A DNA stretch of 64,000 bases from an uncultured Anaerolinea sp. (lineage in GTDB: Bacteria > Chloroflexota > Anaerolineae > Anaerolineales > UBA4823), in assembly GCA_964595435.1 (NCBI GenBank), contig CAZQQJ010000004.1, forward strand, positions 35,377 through 99,376, in the 5' to 3' direction. The translations under genes were made by a program, and so were the position numbers. The notes beneath the pieces were generated by a model, which had not been told where the DNA came from, searched no databases, and saw only the letters and a list, made by a program, of their open reading frames with translations. How positions within the stretch are numbered: position 1 is the stretch's first letter; every line of letters starts with the position of its first letter. Below are positions 54,683 through 64,000 of this stretch, in pieces.

Positions 54683-57600
54683 ATGGGGCTCGACTGTGGT
54701 GCTCTGGTGCAAGCGAGGAAACATGGACTGGAAGAGGAATTCGTCAGGGAGGCCGGGGTGACAAAACGCTGTGCTCTCGTGATCGTATGGACGGTTTGGG
54801 TCCTTATGTTGCCCGTTTCTTCTGTGTCAGGCGCGGGGAAGCCGGGTCTGGCTCAGGAATGGGTGCAATTTGACCGGGCAATTTTCGACACCGGCACGCA
54901 GAACAGCGGCGCTATCTTGCAAGACAAAGATGGATTCTTGTGGGTTGGCACCAATGGCGCCGGGTTGTTCCGTTATGATGGCTACGACCTCAAAGTGTAT
55001 AAACCCGGTGGGGCGAACTCGCTGTCCAGCCCGTATGTCTATGCTTTGTATGAGGATTGGGATGGCGTGATTTGGATCGGGACAGGCGGCGGTGGATTGA
55101 ACCGATATGACAAAGAGACCGATACCTTTACGCAATATAAGAATGACCCGCAGAACCCTGGGAGCATCAGCAGTGATTTGGTGGAATTCAGTTGCGGGCA
55201 GATTGTTCAAGAAGACCAGGAAGGGAAATTGTGGGTTGGAACCCAGGGCGGGTTGAATGTGCTGGATAAATCCACCGGGGCTTTTAAGCACTATTTTCAT
55301 GATCCGGATGACCCAAACAGCTTGAGCCACGATAATATCTGTGCGCTTCTTTTCGATGAGCAGGGCATCTTGTGGATCGGCACGAAAGGGGGCGGGTTGA
55401 ACCGGCTCGATCCACAGACCGGAATATTTACCCGTTACACCATTGATCCGGCGGATCCGCAAAAGTTGGGTGGGGAGTGGGTCACTTCGCTGGCGCAAGA
55501 CGATGAAGGAATGTTGTGGGTCGCCACGCTCGATAATGGTCTCTACAAACTGGATCGCGCTACGGGGATCTTTGCCCCTTACCTCCACGATCCTCAGAAC
55601 CCCAATAGTCCGAGGGGCAACAAGATCACGTCTGTGTATCGCGATCCCTCTGGGCTGTTATGGATCATGTATACGAATGGAGATCAGCTGGGGCTATCTG
55701 TGTTTGATCCCCGCACAAAGACCTTTACACATTATACCCATGACCCGGAAAACGCATCCAGCTTGAGCAGCACATCCCCCATCGCTATGTATCAGGACCG
55801 CGCTGGCATCTTGTGGATCTTGAATAATACCGGCCTGGTGGACAAGCTGGATCCCAGGAAGCCCAGGTTCACGTTATACCGTCACGACCCCAAGAACCCT
55901 AATAGTTTGAGCGACGATGCCGTGGTGCCGGTCTTTGAAGATCGGCAGGGAAAGATTTGGATTGGCACAATTAACGGTCTACAGACGTATGACAAGCAAA
56001 CCGGCATCTTTACTACGTATGATCAGGTATATTACTCAGGGATCTATGAAGATCAGGCGGGTACATTGTGGCTGGGCGGCGCGATCCCGGCGTCGCTGCA
56101 TATCTTTGACCGGGGCCTTGGAAAGATTGTCAAAACCTTTACCCACGACCCCCAGAATCCCAGGAGCCTGGCCAACAGCCGGCAGATATTTGGCATTATT
56201 GGAGACAACCATGATCCTGACATTCTCTGGATGGGAACTACGGATGCCGGGCTGGAAAGATTTCAGATATCTACTGAGACATTTACACATTATCAACACG
56301 ACCCTCAAAACCCCAACAGCCTCAGCAATAACACCTTGCAGACGGCGATCTATCAGGACGGGCAAGGCATGTTGTGGATTCCTACCAGTGGAGGGGGGCT
56401 GGACCGGTTTGATCCGCGCGCCGAGACCTTTACGCATTTTCGCTATGATCCCCAGAATCCCGCCAGTCTCAGCTCGGACACAGTCAATGTAGTGTTTGAA
56501 GATGCCTCCGGGATGTTGTGGATTGGCACTGCTGCCGGCTTTGATAGCTTCGATCGTAAGACCCAGACCTTTAAACGCTACACCGAGGACACCGGTTATC
56601 CGGTTTCGATGATCGCCTCAATCAATCAGGATGCCGACGGAAATCTCTGGATGGGGTCCCTGGGAGGCGATGGGCTGATCAAGTTCGACCCCAAGACCGG
56701 AGCGATGCGGGTGTACAAGGAAAGCGATGGCTTGCAGGGAAATGTATTCTATCCGCTGAATGGGATTCGCGATCGGGACGGCATGATGTGGTTTGGCGGT
56801 TCCAAAGGCCTGAACGCATTTTATCCGCAAGAGATTCAAGACAACACCTATGTCCCGCCCGTTGTAATCACGGCGCTCAAACAGGGCGGAGAACCTCTCC
56901 CGTTGGGCAAAGCGCCAGAACGGGTGCGGGAGATCACTCTGGACTGGCAGCACAACTATTTCGAATTCGAGTTCGCCGCGTTGAACTTTACCCAGGCGCA
57001 GAAAAATCAATACAGGTACATGCTCGAGGGCCTGGATAAAGATTGGTTCAATGCCGGGACCCGGCGCTTTGGACGATACAGCGGCTTGCACAGCGGCGAA
57101 TATACGTTGCACATCCTTGGCTCCAACAACGATGGGGTTTGGAACGAACAGGGCGTCTCGATCAAGGTCAGGGTGGTTCCGCCGTGGTGGGAGACGTGGT
57201 GGTTTTACGCACTCGCCATAACCGGTGCACTGGGGATTGTCTTATTCATTTATCGCTCCAGGGGCAATCAAATCAGAACCCTCCGGGCGGCAGCCCTGGC
57301 TCTGCAGGAGAGTGAAAAGAAATACCGTGGTGTGATTGAGAATATCCAGGATGTGTTTTACCGCTCCGATATCCAGGGGCGTCTCCTCATGGGCAGCCCC
57401 TCAGGGAGCAGGATGTTTGGATATGATTCCGTCGACGAAATGATCGGTAAGCCGCTCGATTCATTCTGGGTGGATCCGAACGAGCGCCAGCAGCTTCTTG
57501 CTCGGATCAAGGCGGCGGGCAGCGTGAGAGACTATGAAGTCGTGTTGAGAAGAAAGGACGGCACCACCTTTAATGCCTCATTCACCACCCACTTTTATTA

Positions 57601-58405
57601 TGACGATCACGGCAATCTCTTGGGCACCGAGGGCATTATCCGCGACATCACCGAGCGCAAGCGGGCGGAAGAAGAGGTGCGGCGCTTGAATGAAGACCTG
57701 GAACGGCGGGTGGCGGAACGAACGGTGCAGTTGGAAGCGGCCAATAAAGAACTGGAAGCGTTCTCGTATTCGGTGTCGCACGACCTGCGGGCGCCGCTGC
57801 GGGCGATGGACGGCTATTCGCGCCTCTTGATGGAGGACTATGCGCCGCAACTCCCGTCCGAAGCGGAGTACTACCTGCAGGCTATTCGGAAAAGCAGCCA
57901 GCAGATGGAGCGCTTGATCGATGACCTGCTGGCTTTCTCGCGCTTGAGCCGGCAAGCGCTGAACAAGCAGGCTATCGCGACCGCCGATCTGGTAGGCCAG
58001 GTACTGGCCGACTTGCGAACAGAACAAGAGGGGCGGCGCGTCGAGATCAGCGTGGGCGAGTTGCCGCCCTGTCAGGCGGATATGGGGCTGCTGCGCCAGG
58101 TGTGGATGAACTTGCTGTCGAACGCGCTCAAGTACACCAGCAAGCGCCAGGTTGCCCGGGTAGAGATCGGCAGCCAGGAGCAGGATGGTGAGACGGTGTA
58201 CTATGTACGGGATAATGGGACGGGATTTGACATGCGCTACGCCGGCAAGCTGTTCGGCGTGTTCCAGCGGTTGCACCGGGCCGACGAGTACGAAGGGACA
58301 GGGGTGGGCCTGGCGATTGTGCAGCGCATTGTCCAGCGGCATGGCGGACGCGTGTGGGCGGAGGCCGAAGTGGATAGAGGCGCGACATTCTATTTTACGA
58401 TTTGA
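54683..58405 (+). CDS. sensor histidine kinase with twin beta-propeller (Reg_prop repeats) + Y_Y_Y + TM + PAS + HisKA + HATPase_c
   Basis: 1240 aa. At least 12 copies of the ~48-aa repeat HDPxNPNSLS...G.LWIGT..GGLNRFD are seen. The Y_Y_Y-like region is NQYRYMLEGLDKDW...GEYTLHI and the TM helix is WWFYALAITGALGIVLFIY. PAS and transmitter domains follow. GTG 54758, after GGGAGG and giving signal peptide VTKRCALVIVWTVWVLMLPV, is an alternative start. Confidence 0.85.
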   Translation: MGLDCGALVQARKHGLEEEFVREAGVTKRCALVIVWTVWVLMLPVSSVSGAGKPGLAQEWVQFDRAIFDTGTQNSGAILQDKDGFLWVGTNGAGLFRYDGYDLKVYKPGGANSLSSPYVYALYEDWDGVIWIGTGGGGLNRYDKETDTFTQYKNDPQNPGSISSDLVEFSCGQIVQEDQEGKLWVGTQGGLNVLDKSTGAFKHYFHDPDDPNSLSHDNICALLFDEQGILWIGTKGGGLNRLDPQTGIFTRYTIDPADPQKLGGEWVTSLAQDDEGMLWVATLDNGLYKLDRATGIFAPYLHDPQNPNSPRGNKITSVYRDPSGLLWIMYTNGDQLGLSVFDPRTKTFTHYTHDPENASSLSSTSPIAMYQDRAGILWILNNTGLVDKLDPRKPRFTLYRHDPKNPNSLSDDAVVPVFEDRQGKIWIGTINGLQTYDKQTGIFTTYDQVYYSGIYEDQAGTLWLGGAIPASLHIFDRGLGKIVKTFTHDPQNPRSLANSRQIFGIIGDNHDPDILWMGTTDAGLERFQISTETFTHYQHDPQNPNSLSNNTLQTAIYQDGQGMLWIPTSGGGLDRFDPRAETFTHFRYDPQNPASLSSDTVNVVFEDASGMLWIGTAAGFDSFDRKTQTFKRYTEDTGYPVSMIASINQDADGNLWMGSLGGDGLIKFDPKTGAMRVYKESDGLQGNVFYPLNGIRDRDGMMWFGGSKGLNAFYPQEIQDNTYVPPVVITALKQGGEPLPLGKAPERVREITLDWQHNYFEFEFAALNFTQAQKNQYRYMLEGLDKDWFNAGTRRFGRYSGLHSGEYTLHILGSNNDGVWNEQGVSIKVRVVPPWWETWWFYALAITGALGIVLFIYRSRGNQIRTLRAAALALQESEKKYRGVIENIQDVFYRSDIQGRLLMGSPSGSRMFGYDSVDEMIGKPLDSFWVDPNERQQLLARIKAAGSVRDYEVVLRRKDGTTFNASFTTHFYYDDHGNLLGTEGIIRDITERKRAEEEVRRLNEDLERRVAERTVQLEAANKELEAFSYSVSHDLRAPLRAMDGYSRLLMEDYAPQLPSEAEYYLQAIRKSSQQMERLIDDLLAFSRLSRQALNKQAIATADLVGQVLADLRTEQEGRRVEISVGELPPCQADMGLLRQVWMNLLSNALKYTSKRQVARVEIGSQEQDGETVYYVRDNGTGFDMRYAGKLFGVFQRLHRADEYEGTGVGLAIVQRIVQRHGGRVWAEAEVDRGATFYFTI
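57665..58398 (+). repeat. transmitter-module DNA repeat, copy 2
   Basis: See copy 1. Confidence 0.85.
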
Positions 58406-58407
58406 GA

Positions 58408-61400
58408 TCAGGTGCCAAATATCTGTGACTGATAGTAAATGACCACAATAATGCTCGATAGGACGCCAGGATCGAGCAGCGATTGCGGGGCATCGCCCCG
58501 ACATAGAGAGAGCGCACAGCTCTGTGAGGTGGGGCGCTCTTTACTATCGAGTGTAAGGGTCAGTGGAAGTTCACCATAATTCTTTTCGATGGAGACTGCG
58601 CCGCTGTCCTGCCCGATCTGGAGGTGAATAAAGGGTTTGCTGACGTCCGGATCAGAAACCACGACTCCCTGCTCCGTGATGAGCATCACCGCCGCTTTGG
58701 TTAGCTGGATGTTGTTCAGGTTGGGCAAAATGACCGGATCGGTGAGCTTAAAACTGATCTGCTGGATGTCCTCCGAGGAGGGGAAATTAATGAATTTGTA
58801 CCAATCGCCGGAAAACGCCTGGCGCAGATCGAACACCTTCGCCACGGTATAGGGATAAGGGGGGGATTGCTGCTTGTATAGGGCTCTCACATTATTTGCA
58901 AACGTATCCCCACCATCTTTAATGTCCCCACCGTCTAAAGCCGTATACTGCACTTTGATGAGAATGTCGCTGATGCTGCGGAAGTCAAAACGGTTGGTTT
59001 CCGGCGGTAGAGAAAGCGTCCAGTCGGAGACGGCGCCTGACCCTTCAAAGGGCAGATACCGCTCGTCCCGAAAATCCAACACAAAGAGCCCCGCATCATT
59101 GATGCCTCTGGAGAGCGCCACCCGCTCTTGCTGTCTGGGAAGCCAGTTTTCCTTGAGTGAATCACCTGGGACTTTAATGTCTTTGTTGTCTGGGTTGAGC
59201 AAGTGATGGACGGCCTCCTGGTTCGCCTGCAATACAATCTGGCTGTTCGTTTGAACCAACGTGGCGTTGATATTCTGGTAAGGACCCACCACGGCCGGGA
59301 TCGAGACCGTGATGGCCTTGATCTTACGGCAGTAATGCCCCGGGAAGTCGAAGTCGTAGAGCGCCTCGCTCAGGCTGAAATCGAGTTGTCCTTTCGTAGC
59401 GCCATGGATGCCCTCGCGGAAGCCGATGAATTTCACCGGGTCGAGGTGCAGGAGCGAGATCGTCTTCTCGATTTCCAGGTGGCGGCGATCGTTTTGCAGG
59501 TAAGCATTTTCGAGTTGGGAAAGCCCAAGCATCAGGCCTTCGCCCGCCAGCAGGCCGCGATGTAAGTTATCCCAGTAGTCCAGTTGGAGAATTAGATCTG
59601 TGGTGTTCATCTCATTCTGGTAGGCGTTTTGCGCCGCCATGGCCATTCCAACGGCTAACTGGTAGGCCTGGAAATAGATGGTGGACAGGCGCCCGATCAT
59701 CCAGGTGTAAAGCTCTTCGTTGGTAAATCTCGCCTTGATGAAATCCTCCAGTTCCTGCTCCTGGGACAGGCCGGTATTGTGGATTTCCAACTCGCGTTCC
59801 AAAATGGACTGCTGGATCTGGCTGGCAACGATCTGCTGCTTCAAGCCTTCCACCTCGTAGGAGGCGCTATCGCGCAGGATGCCCCACTCTTCGCGCCGCC
59901 GGACGTATTGCGCCCCGGTGCTGATCAGGCCGGCGATGTGATCCATCATGTTCCCGGTATTTTCTTGAATTTGAGCCGCGGCGTTGACCGCCTCGCCAAA
60001 CTGCATTCCGCCATCTGCCAGGCCGAACACATTGGGGAGAAGATAAGCCGCAATCGATATCCCGCGCGTCGCCGTCCCGGAAAGTTGGAACCTCAGTGAA
60101 GCTGTGCGCAGCGCCAGGTCCGTGATTTCAAGCGCGTTCAAGTTCTCGTCGTACAATCGCTTGTAATGGTCGTATCGAGCTTGGGCGCCCAGCCGGCTTT
60201 GCTCGAAGGCATCGATCGAGGCCTTGAGTTCGGCGATTTGCTTGACCTTGATCTGCGTCGTCAGGTTGGACAGCGCCCTTTGGTGGGTCAATTGCAGCCT
60301 TGCCAGCGCCTCGGCGTCTTTTTTCTCGAGCGCCATCAACAACATCGCGCCGAGCTGGATCACGTTCCCGGCCATACTTTTGGCGCGCTCTAACAGGTGA
60401 ACGAAACGGTAGTAGGGAACCTGCGCCCCTGCGGTGAGGGTAGAAAAGACGTCTGCACCGGTCGCCGCCATGCGGGCAAGCTGCGCTGCCTCCACGGGCG
60501 GCTCGAAGAGCGCCAGCAGTTGCTTGATCCCCTGGAGGTTCAAGCAGTGGCGGATTTTGTCCAGGCGGTCTTCCACCCGGTCCCACACGTGGATGAGCTG
60601 CTCATTTTCCGGCACACAAAAGGCCATGTCCAGGGCGTTGATGGGGCTAAAAGACATCGCCAGCGAAGATCGATGCAGTTTTTCTTCGACCTGCAAGTAG
60701 AATTGGGGAATTCCATCTTTGTCATCTTTATATTTCGCCTGAATGGATTCGAAAGTGAGAACATCGGAAGGGGGAAGCTCACCTAGATTCTCTGGGCGGG
60801 GCCCCAGCAGGTCATAGGCATAGACGTAGAGCATCGTCGCCGTAACCAGCGCCTCCCAGGTGTACTGCGTGAAATAATAATCGCCCCACTGGAGCAGATT
60901 ATCCACGTACTGCATCACCATCGCCTTCTCGTACGCCCCAATGCGCAAACGGGCAATCGCGTGGGGGTCGAACGGGTCATCGTTATAGGCGTCGATTTCG
61001 TTGGGGTTTTGCAGTTGCTCGGACAACGCTTCCGGCGTGGGATTGCGGAGCGGGAGGAACTGCCAGAAACGCCCGGTGGGAGCGCCAAGCCGGTTGTTGA
61101 GCAAAACGTTCCGCACTGCCTCGACCTGCTGGCTGTTCAATCCAGCCAGGCAGGTGCTGAGATCGGCGTCGGGTGTGAAATCGGCGGTCAGGCACCCATC
61201 GCCATCCAAATAGCCCTGCCCGGTTAAGGCGTCGTAAACCGTTCCGGCGGCGCTGGCGCCCAACGCTGACACCATGAACGACTCTTTCTGAAGGAAGATG
61301 GGCGGCAGGGTGGGGTTGAAAATGTAGCGATACCAGTTCTGCGCTTCCTGGAAATGTTGGTTGGCCTTCAGCAGGTTGGCAATGTAGAAAGGCGCGTGGA

Positions 61401-64000
61401 AGAACAACTCCCAATAGTAGGGTCCATAAGGCCCCGAAAAATCGACCTGGGCGCCGTCCAGCGTTTCGGGCCTTACGACCCAGGTATCGGACATGTTCAG
61501 GCGGCTGTAGGGCAGCTCGGCAACGACGGGCATCTGCTGCGACGATAGGCTCAACAGGCGGTCGATCCCGCCGGTAAACAGGCTGGCGCTCAGCCGGCGC
61601 ACCGCGCCCGTGGTCAGGCGGATGGCTCGCAGAGAGCCTGGCGAGGTTTGCCCGGGGTATGCAGGGGGCCAGGTCCCAATGCTGGCCACTGGTGATGCGG
61701 CTGGATCCGATACGGCCCGATCCAATACGTTGAATATAGACTGGACGATTTGCCCCTGAAATTCTTCTTCCTTTACTTCTGACTTGCGACGTTCGTTTGC
61801 TTGCTCATCCTCCCCACTCTCCAAAGCCAGAAATTGATCGCTTATATTAGAGGCGATACCGCTTAAATCATTGCACAGTTGACCGAAATCGATTTGTGCA
61901 TCGACACGCCCGTTTATATCCAAATAACCATAACTATTTCGCAGGGAATCCAGGATATCCCCTTCGATTACCTCGCAGGTGTGGGGGTTGGGGTCGAACT
62001 GTTGGAAGGCAGGAATTTGGAAATCCTCGGCCTTCAGCACAGGGCGGTTCATGAGCTTGTTAACAATGGCTCGAAAGTACGGATCTGTGTTAACGTTAAC
62101 TATGTTAGGAAGGCTAACAAGTTCGTCGCGGTGATCGGTCAAAAAGGCGGTCAGGCTGTTCGCATCGGCAAGGGGTTGCAATTTCCCCTGCGCGTCCAGA
62201 TACCCACCTGTTTGAAGAATAGTGAAGATTTCAGATTCTATATCCCCCATGTTGAGTTCTGGCATTATAAAATCGTCCGGCCGAAAGATCGCCTCTCGAT
62301 TGACCAGCGAGCGGCTCAGAGAAGCCAGCCCCGGGTCTTCGTCTATCAGCAGCCAATACTCTTGGTCGCCGTAAACGACGTAGGCTCGCGGATGGTTCTT
62401 CACTGTGAAGAAGGCATACGGGTTGTAGTGGGTATCCTGAAAAAGCACCGGGTTGCTGCTCTGAACGTCTTGCGTGGCTGCCGGGTTTGTATCCACCAGG
62501 TAATTCTGGCCGAGGATATTTGCAGTGGACTGCATCACAAACAGCCCGCCATCCGTATGGTAGAGCTGCTCGAATTGGCAGTACGGGTCCGTTTCATCCG
62601 TCAGCACCAGGACCTCGCCGGGATTGGCCAGGAAAGCCGCCTCCAGGTTATCCGCAAGCACCAGCGGCGGAAACAACCCGATGTACCCGGAAACGTTATG
62701 CTCCCTGGCTTGCTGGATATTCTGGATCGTTTTTTGAAGCCCCCGTTCGAAATCTGCCCTGTCTGAGGAGTCCGAGGTGGGCTCGGCAGATGGGTAAAGT
62801 AAAACCTCCAGATCGTAGTCGCCGACAGAGAGCAGCGGGCCGAAGAAGAGCAGCACCTTTTCGGTCGAATTGGCGCCCACGCCCGGCATCAGAAAGGCGC
62901 CCTTCTCGACCTTGATCGGATAGACCTTCTTGTACCACAGCTTGTCCACGTCGAATAGCGTCTCCGGGAAGAAGCTTTTGATGGCATTATAATAGTCACT
63001 GCCCTCGACGTACACCACCAAATCGTCCACCAGGGTTTGCGGTTGAACCCAGGTCCCGCTGAAGTTTACGAAGCTGTATTTGACGCTCAACTGGTGGGTC
63101 CGCCGGGGACTGCCGTCCGGAGCCTTTTCATCGCGCCGTTTTTGCTCCACCCAAAAAACGAACAGGCGGTCGAAAACGTGGATCAGCGTGGCGGTTTCGG
63201 CATGGATGGTCAGGTCGATGGCGTTCCATTCCGACCACACGCCGGCCTGATCCCGGGTGATGTAATAATATTGATAGGGCTGGATGTAGGTGCGCGCCAG
63301 CAAGAAAAGCACCGGCGCGTCAGCGTGCGTGTCATCCGTGATATTGCTGTAGTAAGCGTCGACGTAATTCAAATGGGCCAGCTCGTCAAAACCATCCAGG
63401 TATTTGGTGAACGCCTGCTGGACCGACCCGGGTGAGATCACGTTCTGTCGCAGGCTGTTCTCCAGCTCTTTGAACAAACGAGTCTTCGACTTACGAAAGA
63501 CGGGATCGAGGTAGTTTTCGGGATATAGGAAAATCCGCCGGTTGGCTTCCCACCGGCGATAGTTGAGCAGCCACTCCCACCACACCTCCGGGATGTCGAG
63601 CTGCTTGACCCCGGCTTCGAGCCGCTGCCGACAGCGCTGCAGGTAGAGCTGCGCCGCGCTGAGGGCTTCTTTGACGTAGGAGATTTGAGCGCAGCCGCTC
63701 ATCTCCACGTCGATCAACAGATATTCGTACACCTGGCGCGGGTTCTGGATCCAGGCCGTTTCCGGCTGTCCGCCTAACTTCCACACCGCCAGGGGCAGCA
63801 GCGCCTGGCGCTTGGCCTCCTGGACATCGCCCTCGATCTGCTCGTACACGGCCTTCCAACCCTGGTGGGCAAAGCGGGCCTGGACCACCTCCAGCATCCT
63901 GTCCGCCATGGCCAGATAGGAGAATGATGGCCAACCTTGGCCAATCAGGCCGCTGAGATCGCCGAGCGCCTGGGCGTCCATGCCCGTCTTTCGAAGCAGG
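58408..64000 (-). CDS. Tc-toxin A-subunit-like giant protein (TcA/TcdA family), C-terminal 1857+ codons; 5' end outside window
   Basis: The frame stays open past the listed Met to the window edge. Three blocks match what I recall of the TcA shell, pore-forming helix and TcB-binding regions. They are YRRWEANRRIFLYPENYLDPVFRKSKTRLFKELENSLRQ, YWELFFHAPFYIANLLKANQHFQEAQNWYRYIFNP and RYLPFEGSGAVSDWTLSLP. Confidence 0.75.
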   Translation of the reverse strand, partial: LLRKTGMDAQALGDLSGLIGQGWPSFSYLAMADRMLEVVQARFAHQGWKAVYEQIEGDVQEAKRQALLPLAVWKLGGQPETAWIQNPRQVYEYLLIDVEMSGCAQISYVKEALSAAQLYLQRCRQRLEAGVKQLDIPEVWWEWLLNYRRWEANRRIFLYPENYLDPVFRKSKTRLFKELENSLRQNVISPGSVQQAFTKYLDGFDELAHLNYVDAYYSNITDDTHADAPVLFLLARTYIQPYQYYYITRDQAGVWSEWNAIDLTIHAETATLIHVFDRLFVFWVEQKRRDEKAPDGSPRRTHQLSVKYSFVNFSGTWVQPQTLVDDLVVYVEGSDYYNAIKSFFPETLFDVDKLWYKKVYPIKVEKGAFLMPGVGANSTEKVLLFFGPLLSVGDYDLEVLLYPSAEPTSDSSDRADFERGLQKTIQNIQQAREHNVSGYIGLFPPLVLADNLEAAFLANPGEVLVLTDETDPYCQFEQLYHTDGGLFVMQSTANILGQNYLVDTNPAATQDVQSSNPVLFQDTHYNPYAFFTVKNHPRAYVVYGDQEYWLLIDEDPGLASLSRSLVNREAIFRPDDFIMPELNMGDIESEIFTILQTGGYLDAQGKLQPLADANSLTAFLTDHRDELVSLPNIVNVNTDPYFRAIVNKLMNRPVLKAEDFQIPAFQQFDPNPHTCEVIEGDILDSLRNSYGYLDINGRVDAQIDFGQLCNDLSGIASNISDQFLALESGEDEQANERRKSEVKEEEFQGQIVQSIFNVLDRAVSDPAASPVASIGTWPPAYPGQTSPGSLRAIRLTTGAVRRLSASLFTGGIDRLLSLSSQQMPVVAELPYSRLNMSDTWVVRPETLDGAQVDFSGPYGPYYWELFFHAPFYIANLLKANQHFQEAQNWYRYIFNPTLPPIFLQKESFMVSALGASAAGTVYDALTGQGYLDGDGCLTADFTPDADLSTCLAGLNSQQVEAVRNVLLNNRLGAPTGRFWQFLPLRNPTPEALSEQLQNPNEIDAYNDDPFDPHAIARLRIGAYEKAMVMQYVDNLLQWGDYYFTQYTWEALVTATMLYVYAYDLLGPRPENLGELPPSDVLTFESIQAKYKDDKDGIPQFYLQVEEKLHRSSLAMSFSPINALDMAFCVPENEQLIHVWDRVEDRLDKIRHCLNLQGIKQLLALFEPPVEAAQLARMAATGADVFSTLTAGAQVPYYRFVHLLERAKSMAGNVIQLGAMLLMALEKKDAEALARLQLTHQRALSNLTTQIKVKQIAELKASIDAFEQSRLGAQARYDHYKRLYDENLNALEITDLALRTASLRFQLSGTATRGISIAAYLLPNVFGLADGGMQFGEAVNAAAQIQENTGNMMDHIAGLISTGAQYVRRREEWGILRDSASYEVEGLKQQIVASQIQQSILERELEIHNTGLSQEQELEDFIKARFTNEELYTWMIGRLSTIYFQAYQLAVGMAMAAQNAYQNEMNTTDLILQLDYWDNLHRGLLAGEGLMLGLSQLENAYLQNDRRHLEIEKTISLLHLDPVKFIGFREGIHGATKGQLDFSLSEALYDFDFPGHYCRKIKAITVSIPAVVGPYQNINATLVQTNSQIVLQANQEAVHHLLNPDNKDIKVPGDSLKENWLPRQQERVALSRGINDAGLFVLDFRDERYLPFEGSGAVSDWTLSLPPETNRFDFRSISDILIKVQYTALDGGDIKDGGDTFANNVRALYKQQSPPYPYTVAKVFDLRQAFSGDWYKFINFPSSEDIQQISFKLTDPVILPNLNNIQLTKAAVMLITEQGVVVSDPDVSKPFIHLQIGQDSGAVSIEKNYGELPLTLTLDSKERPTSQSCALSLCRGDAPQSLLDPGVLSSIIVVIYYQSQIFGT

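Noticed and set aside
1-64000. CRISPR arrays, rRNA genes, reverse transcriptase/DGR or retron-like elements
   Set aside because: No regularly spaced short direct repeats, no rRNA-like conserved blocks and no RT-motif (YxDD) ORFs were seen in any frame of the ORF track.

Overview
High-GC bacterial chromosomal window. Gene content and protein character suggest a Chloroflexota-like organism, but that is inference only. No rRNA genes or CRISPR arrays were seen, and there is one tRNA, tRNA-Glu(CUC). Bases 1-7200 are housekeeping: glgC (partial), malQ, a hydrolase, an M29 aminopeptidase, an NhaP-type antiporter and a methyltransferase. Bases 7.1-11.0 kb hold a rearrangement scar. A 415-bp junction of two methyltransferase genes is duplicated around an AT-richer 2.5-kb islet, and a mazEF cassette sits inside one copy. 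Bases 11.6-24.6 kb form one long minus-strand string. It runs from a T-box leader through a second (archaeal/actinobacterial-type) valS, an esterase, a PhzF-like gene, vapBC and the canonical valS, then an orphan solute-binding protein translationally coupled to a dCache-PAS-GAF-GGDEF cyclase. Bases 24.6-33.5 kb are housekeeping again: MBL hydrolase, plsY, JAB/MPN, GT4, yraN, miaA, fadD, fabF and tRNA-Glu. Bases 33.5-43.7 kb are an accessory stretch next to the tRNA. It contains a MalT-like LuxR regulator, an AT-richer cluster of small DUF-type membrane proteins with a conserved 64-nt palindromic leader, a quinone-oxidoreductase-like gene, decayed restriction-modification and IS fragments, and one intact IS with target-site duplication. 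Bases 44-46.7 kb carry a secreted beta-helix protein with a small partner, plus frameshifted ORF debris. Bases 46.8-58.4 kb hold two very large sensor kinases: a 2611-aa Ser/Thr-kinase/STAND/GAF-PAS/His-kinase and a 1240-aa propeller/Y_Y_Y His-kinase. Their transmitter modules are about 90 percent identical at the DNA level. Bases 58.4-64.0 kb are the C-terminal 1857+ codons of a Tc-toxin A-subunit-like giant protein that runs off the window. All family assignments come from motif recognition by eye. No searches were run.
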